Both the position numbers and the translations under genes were made by a program. Of a stretch of 64,000 nt of DNA, positions 33,335-41,030 are shown piece by piece. Origin of the DNA: an uncultured Candidatus Binatia bacterium (GTDB taxonomy: Bacteria; Desulfobacterota; Binatia; UBA9968; JAJDTQ01); assembly GCA_964291295.2 (NCBI GenBank), contig OZ219754.1, forward strand, positions 2,240,001 through 2,304,000, given 5' to 3'. Below the pieces are notes generated by a model that did no database searches, was not told where the DNA came from, and saw nothing but the letters and a program-made list of their open reading frames with translations. How positions within the stretch are numbered: the first letter of the stretch is position 1; every line of letters begins with the position of its first letter.

Positions 33335-33379
33335 CCGCGCGCCATCGGATGCCAGGACGCTGAATCGGGACGGCAAGGG

Positions 33380-34153
33380 ATGACGGAAGCCAGCAAGGCC
33401 ATCGAGGTCAGGCACCTCACCAAGATCTATCCTTCCAAGGACGCGCCCATCGTCGCGCTGGAAGAGGCCACCTTCGATGTCTACGATCAGGAGTTCATCT
33501 CGCTGGTCGGCCACAGCGGCTGCGGCAAGACCACCATCATGAAGATCATCGCGGGCCTGCTCGACAAGACCCGTGGCGACGTGCTGGTGAACGGCACGCC
33601 GGTGACCGGGCCCCGATCCAGCACCGGGATCGTGTTCCAGACGCCGGTGCTGTTCCAGTGGCGCTCGGTGATCGAGAACGTGCTGCTTCCGGTAGAAATC
33701 CTGGGCCTTTCCAGGAAGGAATACTATCCCAGGGCGCTTGAGATGCTGGAGCTTACCGGGCTGACGGAGTTCAGGGAGAAGTACCCCAGGGAGCTTTCCG
33801 GAGGCATGCAGCAACGCGTCTCCATCAGCCGCGCGCTGGTGCACGAGCCGTCGCTGCTGCTGCTGGACGAGCCCTTCGGCGCCCTGGACGCCATGACCCG
33901 GGGCGAGATGAACATGGAGTTGCAGCGCATCTGGAGCGAGAAGAAAAAGACCAGCCTGCTCATCACCCACAGCATACCGGAGGCGGTTTTTCTGGCCGAC
34001 CGGGTCATGGTGATGACTCCCCGGCCGGGCCATATCGCCGACATCATCGACATCGGCCTGCCGCGGCCGCGGACGCCGGAGATGAGACTGTCGGCGGAAT
34101 TCACCGAATGCGTGCGAGAGGTGGGAAAGACCATTGGATTGCAGTATCTGTGA
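33380..34153 (+). CDS. NitT/TauT ABC transporter ATP-binding protein
   Basis: GHSGCGKT, LSGGMQQR and LLLDEPFGALD motifs. Confidence 0.93.
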   Translation: MTEASKAIEVRHLTKIYPSKDAPIVALEEATFDVYDQEFISLVGHSGCGKTTIMKIIAGLLDKTRGDVLVNGTPVTGPRSSTGIVFQTPVLFQWRSVIENVLLPVEILGLSRKEYYPRALEMLELTGLTEFREKYPRELSGGMQQRVSISRALVHEPSLLLLDEPFGALDAMTRGEMNMELQRIWSEKKKTSLLITHSIPEAVFLADRVMVMTPRPGHIADIIDIGLPRPRTPEMRLSAEFTECVREVGKTIGLQYL

Positions 34154-34220
34154 CGGCGACGGAACGGAGCCGTGACAGGGACCGTAATGGAGTCACAGAA
34201 AGACTCGGGAGGGACACGAC

Positions 34221-35225
34221 ATGAACCGCACATACATCGCGCTGGCGATATTCCTGTTGTATCTGGTCGGTGCCGCCATCGCGTCGGCCGCAGACAAGGT
34301 GAAGTTCGCGCTGGACTGGATCCCCTACGGGAAGCACGCCATGTTCTACGCGAGCATCGACAAGGGATTCTGGAAGGAAGCCGGCCTGGACGTGGCCATG
34401 ACCCGCGGATTCGGCTCCGGCGACACCGTCAAGCGGGTGGCCTCCGGCACCGAGGACTTCGGCTTCGCGTCCGTGGGGAACATGATTGCCGCCCGGTCCC
34501 GGGGCGCCCAGCTCAAGATGGTGGGCATGATCCACGACAAGACCCTGGAGACCGTCGCCACGCTGGTGGGCAACGGGATCACCAGGCCGTCCGACCTGGA
34601 AGGGAAGCGCATCGGCTCGCCCGAGGCCAATGCCTCCCGGGTCATCTTTCCGGCTTTCGCCAACATCAACAAGTTCGATGACGGCAAGGTCACCTGGGTC
34701 AACATGACCGTGCCTGCCACCACCCCGAGCCTCATGGCGGGCCGGGTGGACGCCATCCTGATCTTCTACACGGAGAAGCCGACCGTGGACAAGGCATCGA
34801 AGGTCGCCGGGAAGAAGCCGCTGTACATGCTCTACGCGGACCACGGCATGTCCACCTACGGCAACGGTCTGCTCGTGTCCGAGAAGACCCTCAGGGAGAA
34901 GCCGGACCTGGTGACCCGGTTCCTGGCCGCCACCTACAAGGGCATCGCCTGGTCGGTGGAGAATCCCCAGGAGGCCGTGGACATTTTCATCAAGCACAAT
35001 CCGGCCATCAGCCCGGATCTGGCGCGGGCGCATTTCGACATCGCGGTGGACTCGCTGCTGTCCGCCAATGCCATGAAGGAAGGCATCGGCCACATGACCC
35101 GGGACCGCATGGTGTTCACCAACAATCTCATCACCAAGCACATGAAGCTTCCCAGGGAGACGGCGGTGGAGAACGTCTATACCAACACGTTCCTGCCGAA
35201 GCTCTTTCCGAAGCGGGCGAAGTAG
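34221..35225 (+). CDS. NMT1/THI5-like ABC substrate-binding protein
   Basis: Signal peptide, LDW.P.G.H..FY...DKG...EAGLDV motif. Confidence 0.88.
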   Translation: MNRTYIALAIFLLYLVGAAIASAADKVKFALDWIPYGKHAMFYASIDKGFWKEAGLDVAMTRGFGSGDTVKRVASGTEDFGFASVGNMIAARSRGAQLKMVGMIHDKTLETVATLVGNGITRPSDLEGKRIGSPEANASRVIFPAFANINKFDDGKVTWVNMTVPATTPSLMAGRVDAILIFYTEKPTVDKASKVAGKKPLYMLYADHGMSTYGNGLLVSEKTLREKPDLVTRFLAATYKGIAWSVENPQEAVDIFIKHNPAISPDLARAHFDIAVDSLLSANAMKEGIGHMTRDRMVFTNNLITKHMKLPRETAVENVYTNTFLPKLFPKRAK

Positions 35226-35480
35226 TCGCCGGCCGGACCGCGGCGGGTGCGGGGCCGCGGCGGATCGCCGGTCGTCAGGACGGGCGGGGGTCCGCCGCGG
35301 ATACGGACCCCACCGGCCGAGGACCCTGTGCTTTGCACCTTTGCCAGGCATCGCATCATCCTTGCTCCGCAGGGTCCCTGCCCCGCGTGCTTCAAGGTGG
35401 CCTGTTTCGCGGCGGCCTGCGAGGTCGGAACCGGGATCTTGTGAAGGACGGATGCGTCCCGTTCGCCGGAAGGAACCGAC

Positions 35481-36563
35481 ATGAGTGAACCGTTCGTCAG
35501 CAACCAGGAGCTTGTGGTCGAGGCCAGGCGCAACCTGCCCCAGCCGGTGTGGGACTATCTGAGCGGGGGCAGCGAGTCGGAGACCACCATGCGCCGCAAC
35601 CGGCTGGCCCTGGACTCGCTGGCGCTTCGTCCGCGGGTGCTGGTGGACGTCTCCGAGGTGGACCCCTCCACCACCGTGCTCGGCCACAAGCTGCGCATCC
35701 CCGTCATGCTGGCCCCCATAGGCTCGCTTCAGCAGATCACCCCGGAGGGTGCCGTGGCCGCCGCCAGGGCGGCCGACGAGTTCGGCACGGTCAACTTCGT
35801 CAGTTCGGTCACCCAGCCCGACCTGGAGGAGACCGCGGCCGCCACGCCGTCGGACAAGATATTCCAGTTGTACATCCGCGGAGGCCTGGACTGGGTCGAG
35901 GAGATCCTGACACGGGTCCGGCGGTCGGGATACAAGGCCCTGTGCCTGACCGTGGACTCCGCCCATTACAGCAACCGGGAGCGGCAGTTGATGAACCGCT
36001 GGCTGCCGCCCAGCAAGCGGCGGGAGGCCGCCAACCAGGACCGGCTGTGGCAGGCCCGGCTCACCTGGGAGACCATGGACGCCATCAGGGAGATCGGCGG
36101 GATGCCGTTCATCCTCAAGGGCGTGGCCACCGCGGAGGACGCGGCTCTGGCCCTGGAGCACGGCGTGGACGTCGTCTATGTCTCCAACCACGGCGGCCGC
36201 CAGCTCGACCACGGGCAGGGGACCATGGAGATGCTTCCGGAGATCGTCCAGGCGGTGGGCGGCCGGGCCGAGATCGTCATCGACGGCGGCTTCCTGAGAG
36301 GCACCGACGTGCTCAAGGCGGTGGCGCTGGGCGCCAGGGCGGTGACCATCGGCAAGCTGCAGGGCTGGGCCCTGGGAGCGGCCGGCCATGAAGGGTTGGT
36401 GCGCGCGCTGCAGCTCCTGGAGAACGAGATCGTCATCGCCATGGGCCTTCTGGGGGTGACGCGGATCGACCAGCTCACGCCGGCCCACGTCTGCAAGGCG
36501 CCCCCGGCGATGCTGCCGACCGAGATGAGCACCTTCGTCAATCTGCCGCAGCGGTTGTTGTAA
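35481..36563 (+). CDS. FMN-dependent alpha-hydroxy acid oxidase/dehydrogenase
   Basis: SNHGGRQLD and DGG..RG.DV.KA.ALGA motifs. Confidence 0.92.
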   Translation: MSEPFVSNQELVVEARRNLPQPVWDYLSGGSESETTMRRNRLALDSLALRPRVLVDVSEVDPSTTVLGHKLRIPVMLAPIGSLQQITPEGAVAAARAADEFGTVNFVSSVTQPDLEETAAATPSDKIFQLYIRGGLDWVEEILTRVRRSGYKALCLTVDSAHYSNRERQLMNRWLPPSKRREAANQDRLWQARLTWETMDAIREIGGMPFILKGVATAEDAALALEHGVDVVYVSNHGGRQLDHGQGTMEMLPEIVQAVGGRAEIVIDGGFLRGTDVLKAVALGARAVTIGKLQGWALGAAGHEGLVRALQLLENEIVIAMGLLGVTRIDQLTPAHVCKAPPAMLPTEMSTFVNLPQRLL

Positions 36564-36587
36564 CCGGGCCGCCGGGCCGTTCCACCC

Positions 36588-38012
36588 TCAGTTCCGCCGT
36601 CCCTTTCTTCCCCGCAGCAGCGAGCAGGTCACGGCCGCCAGGGCGATGGCCGTGGTGACGAGAAAGGTGTCCTGAAGTGCCAGCGTGAAGTGCACCGGGT
36701 GCGCGGCCGCGGGCAGCGCGTCCGGGTCGCCGGCGTGCATCCGGAAGGCCACGGTCATGATGAAGTTCCCCACGGTCACGCCCAGGACGTTGCCCAGCCC
36801 GAACATGGTGTAGAGCGTGCCGGTGGCCACGCCCCGGTGTTCGAAGGGGGCCGACGCGATCAGCGCGGTATGGTTTGCCGGGAAGAAGAGGGCGGTCCCC
36901 AGTCCTCCAAGCGCCAGCACGACGGCTGGCAGCATCCAGTGGGAGTTCGGCTGGAACCAGACCCCGAGGACGGACGCCACCGCGAACAGCGCCGCGCCGG
37001 CGGTGGCGGGAATCTTCGGGCCGGCCCTGTCCGAGAGGATGCCGCCCACCGGCGACAGCGTGGCCGCGAAGAGCGGCGCGCTGATGAACAGGATGCCCAT
37101 GAACGACGGGGTCAGCCGCAGCACGTCCTGCAGGTAGAACGGCAGCAGATAGACGGTCAGGGTCATGACGATGGAGATCAGCAACAGCGTCACCGTGCTG
37201 ACGGCGAACATCCGGATGCGGAAGAGCGCCAGGTGCAGGATCGGGCTTGGAGCGCGGTTCTCGCGCCAGACGAAGCCGGCCATCAGCACCCCCAGGCCGA
37301 TCACCGCGCCGGCGCGCCCGGCTGGGGCGAGCGACTCCATGGCCTGACGGTCGAGAACCGCCATGAGTGCCAGGGTCGCCGCCACCAGAAGCGCGGCTCC
37401 GGGGTAGTCGATGGCGGGACGTTCGTGCTTCGGACGCTCCGCAACCGGCCCCTCCCGGCGCCGCCGAAAGGCCAGTACCAGCGCCGTTGCCACCGCGCCC
37501 AGCGGAACCAGAAAGAAGAACACGCCGCGCCAGTGGATGTACTGGATGATGAATCCGCCCAGCCCCGGTCCGAGAAGGAAGCCGCCGTGGTGCGCCGTGG
37601 TCATGAGCCCTTGTGCCCGGCCCCTGGACTCCTCGGTCGAAGCGTCCATGGCCAGCGCCCGGCCCTGGGCCTGGATCATGGCGGCGCCGAGCCCCTGGAG
37701 CACCCGGTAGAATATCAGTTGGCCGATGTTCCCGGACAATCCGCACAGAAACGAGCTTGCGGTGAAGAGCACGATGCCCTGGAGGTAGACGTTCTGGCGT
37801 CCATGGACGTCCCCGATCCGCCCGAAGACCAGCGACAGCGAAGCGGTGGCCAGCTGGAAGGAGATCAGCGCCCACGAAATCCCCACCATGCCGGTATAGA
37901 GCCCGGTGGCAAGCGACGGCATGGAGACCGCGAAGATGCGGCTGGCCGTCCCGGTGGTGAAGGTGACCAGCAGGGTCGTGGCCAGCAGCAGGGCATTGGT
38001 GCGGGATGTCAT
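36588..38012 (-). CDS. MFS transporter, DHA2/EmrB-QacA-like
   Basis: About 14 TM helices; GRIGD..GR, R..QG.G, GP.LGG....W..VF and DY.GA motifs. Confidence 0.85.
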   Translation of the reverse strand: MTSRTNALLLATTLLVTFTTGTASRIFAVSMPSLATGLYTGMVGISWALISFQLATASLSLVFGRIGDVHGRQNVYLQGIVLFTASSFLCGLSGNIGQLIFYRVLQGLGAAMIQAQGRALAMDASTEESRGRAQGLMTTAHHGGFLLGPGLGGFIIQYIHWRGVFFFLVPLGAVATALVLAFRRRREGPVAERPKHERPAIDYPGAALLVAATLALMAVLDRQAMESLAPAGRAGAVIGLGVLMAGFVWRENRAPSPILHLALFRIRMFAVSTVTLLLISIVMTLTVYLLPFYLQDVLRLTPSFMGILFISAPLFAATLSPVGGILSDRAGPKIPATAGAALFAVASVLGVWFQPNSHWMLPAVVLALGGLGTALFFPANHTALIASAPFEHRGVATGTLYTMFGLGNVLGVTVGNFIMTVAFRMHAGDPDALPAAAHPVHFTLALQDTFLVTTAIALAAVTCSLLRGRKGRRN

Positions 38013-38043
38013 GCTGAATCGTGAGCAGTTGGCAAAACGAGAG

Positions 38044-38071
38044 ACATGACAGAACATGACACAACATGACA
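38044..38071. promoter_or_regulatory. 3 x ACATGACA at 10-bp period, upstream of the MFS gene
   Basis: Copies at 38044, 38054 and 38064; helical-turn phasing. Confidence 0.5.
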
Positions 38072-38454
38072 AGGCAGATTCACCTTTCCGGATCGTTGGG
38101 ACAGACGGGAGCGGAGCAGGAACCGGCCTGCTCTCGGCGACCACAAGCTGTTGCCAATAAAAAATTTTGCCTTTCCCGACGATTCGTCGTATCACCCGGA
38201 GAGGGGTCTGGCGGGAGCGGAGCGACCCGCCAATTGCATGCCGGTCGATTTCTGGGTGAAGACAGGGCTTCTTGCACAATGTCCGGAATCCGGGAAGCGT
38301 TCGGCCAGGCGGTGATGGAAGGTCCGGTGGCGCCGGACGAGGGCGGGCACGGCCCGGCAGGCTGCGGCGTGGCCGTCGTCTGCTTCATCGCCGTCACCCT
38401 TCGAGCCAGGGGTTTCGGACGGGCAGAGAGTCTGCGGAGCCGGAGATTGGAGCC

Positions 38455-38967
38455 TTGGGCACTGTCAAGCTGAACAGGCGGGCGATAGACGGCCTGACCG
38501 TGGAACGCGGCAACCGGGTGTTCTGGGACAGCGAGTTGCAGGGCTTCGGGGTGCGCGTCCATGCGAGCGGGCGCAAGGTCCATGTGGCGCAGACGCGCGC
38601 GGGCGGCCCGCACCCCGTTCGCGTGACGGTGGGGCGCGCGAGAATCCGCGAGCGCGCCGGGCTGGAGGACATGCACCTGCATGACTGCCGGCACAGTTTC
38701 GCCTCCCGGGCGCTGGCGCTCGGCGAGAGCCTGCCGATGATCGGCAGTATGCTCGGCCACAGCGAGGTGAAGACGACCGCGCGCTACGCGCATCTCGCCC
38801 GGGACTCCGTGCATGAGGCCGGAGAGCGGGTCGCCGCGAGGATCGAGGGGCTGCTGGAACGGGATTGTCCGCCGACCCGGGCAGCCTCGACAGCGGCCTG
38901 TCATGTCCCCACAGGCGAACAGCCCGATGCCGGCGGCTTTCGACAGGCCGCCAGCGTTGGCCATTGA
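38455..38967 (+). pseudogene. Tyrosine integrase with a large internal deletion (arm-binding N-terminus fused to catalytic C-terminus)
   Basis: WDSELQGFGVRV.ASGRK (arm-binding, DUF4102-like) joined to LHDCRHSFAS...LGHS...TARYAHL. The core-binding domain and first catalytic Arg are missing. Confidence 0.8.
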
Positions 38968-38992
38968 CATTGGATAGCATGATTTGATAGCA
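38964..38992 (+). promoter_or_regulatory. TA promoter: TTGACA -35 box with two GATAGCA sites
   Basis: TTGACA at 38964, GATAGCA at 38973, TGATAGCA at 38985; the last equals the FitA operator half-site. Confidence 0.55.
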
Positions 38993-39023
38993 CATGGGCC
39001 GTTATCGAACCGGAGGCATCGGC

Positions 39024-39281
39024 ATGAGCACAAGCATCGTCGTCCGCGACATCGACCCCGGAGACAAGTCCTGGCTGCGGCGCGAGGCCCGGCAGGCCGG
39101 GGTGTCGATGGAAGAACTGGTGCGCCGCCTGATCCGCGAAACGCGCGCTAAACGCGAACGCCAGCTAAAACCGTCCGAAGCCTTCGCGCGGTATTTCGGG
39201 GAGGAGCACGGCGTCGAGCTTCCGCCGCCGGCCCGCCTTGGCTACAGGCCGCTGTCGTTCTCCGGAGCGAAGGAGGAATGA
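39024..39281 (+). CDS. FitA/VapB-like ribbon-helix-helix antitoxin
   Basis: SIVVRDID...LR..A...G.SMEE..R.LI pattern; GGAGG RBS; ATGA overlap with the toxin. Confidence 0.8.
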   Translation: MSTSIVVRDIDPGDKSWLRREARQAGVSMEELVRRLIRETRAKRERQLKPSEAFARYFGEEHGVELPPPARLGYRPLSFSGAKEE

Positions 39282-39727
39282 CGGTTCGGCTTGCATGGCT
39301 GGTCGACGCGAATGCGGTCTCCGAAATGATGCGGCCGCGGCCCGACCCGCAGGTCGCCGCCTTCCTCGATTCCATCGCCGACGAGGGGCTGGGCATCGCT
39401 TCCGTCACCGTCTGGGAGATTCTCAACGGTATCGGCCGGCTCGATCCCGGCCGGCGCCGACGCGAACTCGCCGAACGGTTCCGGGATCTTCTCGACGACC
39501 TGTTCGAGGACCGGGTCGTCGCGTGTTCTGCAGCGGATGCGCAGGCCTGCGCGCGGATCATGGAGGACAAGCGCCGGCGCGGCGAGCCGCTCGACGAGCA
39601 TGTTCCGGACGCCTTCCTCGCCGCCGCGGCGGCCGTGCGCGGTCTTGCCGTCATCACCCGCAATCGGGCGGAATTTCGGAACACCGGCGTCGAAACGGTG
39701 GATCCCTGGACCGGCCGCCAGTCTTGA
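39278..39727 (+). CDS. vapC: VapC/FitB PIN-domain toxin
   Basis: LVDANAVSE...P.P.P.V, E...GI, DA.LAA.A, TRN..EF...G....DPW motifs. Confidence 0.88.
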   Translation: MTVRLAWLVDANAVSEMMRPRPDPQVAAFLDSIADEGLGIASVTVWEILNGIGRLDPGRRRRELAERFRDLLDDLFEDRVVACSAADAQACARIMEDKRRRGEPLDEHVPDAFLAAAAAVRGLAVITRNRAEFRNTGVETVDPWTGRQS

Positions 39728-39869
39728 GCATCGCGTCGCACGCCGAGCCTTTGCCCTGTCTCTGTGAGAGCACCGGGCAGGTCGCCCGGTTCACGAACGG
39801 GCGCGACCCAAATCCGCACTCTTGGAGGTCTTCTCCTTCCATCGTCCGGAGACCCCGAATGGCCGGATC

Positions 39870-40445
39870 CGTCTACAGCGCGACCGGCTGCGCCGGGTCC
39901 GCCGCCGTGAGGGCCGTTACCTGCTGCGATCCAGCATGGTCGCCGAAGACCCCGCCACGCTGTGGCATCTGTACATGCAGCTCATCGAGATCGAGCAGGC
40001 GTTCAGGAACTCAAGCACGATCTCGCGATCCGCCCCATCTTCCATCAGCGCCAGGAGCGTATCGAGGCGCATATCTTCGTCTCGTTCATCGCCTGCTGCC
40101 TGCTGGTGACCCTGAAGAACCTCGCCCGGCCGCGCGCCTCGGGCCTCACCCCGCGGCCATGCTTGAGGCCTTCGCCACCATCCGGATGGTGGACGTCCAT
40201 CTGCCAACCACCGACGGCCGGCACCTCGTCCTGCCGCGCCACACTCGGCCGAACAAGGAGCATGAGCTACTGCTGCAACAGCTCGGCATGACTTGGCCGC
40301 AGCAACCCGCACCCCGGATCTCCACCTGACGGCACACGGCGGCGCCTCTCCGTTCGGCGCCTTGTAGTGCCGACCTTTGGGGAGCCGATCAAGGCTATTC
40401 AATGAGTTGGCATCCTCACGAACCCCGAGTTGCGGAAGCCGGGTC
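39870..40445 (+). mobile_element. IS1634-family transposase 3' fragment with two frameshifts, plus right end
   Basis: REGRYLLRS...Y.QL.EIEQAF / LKHDL.IRPIFHQ...RIEAHIF / DVHLPTTDGR.L.LPR.T distributed over three frames. Confidence 0.8.
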
Positions 40446-41030
40446 AAGGTAACGGCGCTGGCGCGCGACGACGCGGTGGCACTGCACTACGAGATACATG
40501 GCAAGCCCTGCCCGGACCCGGACAACCGCCAAGTGTATGTCCACCTCGCCGACGATCTGCTGCAGGGTGCTTCCGGGCGAATCGCCACATCCCTCAAGCA
40601 TGCCGATAGCGCGCGTCTGCCTCACTTCCGGGCCCGCCCGTCACGGGCCGACGGAACGGTTACGGGAACATTGACGAAATGGTTGCACTTCCGGCTTCAC
40701 AAGTGGACAATTGGCCGCGCGGGATAGAAAACATCAGCTCTCGATTTGAAGACATATCAGGTGATACAACTTCAACTCATTGATATAAAACCGTTATTTT
40801 TCTGAAAAATAGGAAACAGGACAGTAGACAGTTACGTGTAGCCGGGGAAGATTCGAACAAGCCGATGGCGAGCCGCGGAACTGCTCGCCGTCTGCTGTTT
40901 CCATTGATTCAGCTTTGGCGGATCAGCCCAGCCCCGGCGCATGTTCAGACCTTCCGTAGCAGATCGGATCGGGCGGTGCGAGGAACGGCGCGCTCCGGCC
41001 GCGGGTGTTCGAGCTTCACAGGTGGTTGCA

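Noticed and set aside
40836-40860. Complete tRNA gene
   Set aside because: Only a T-loop/3'-like fragment is present and no cloverleaf can be built.
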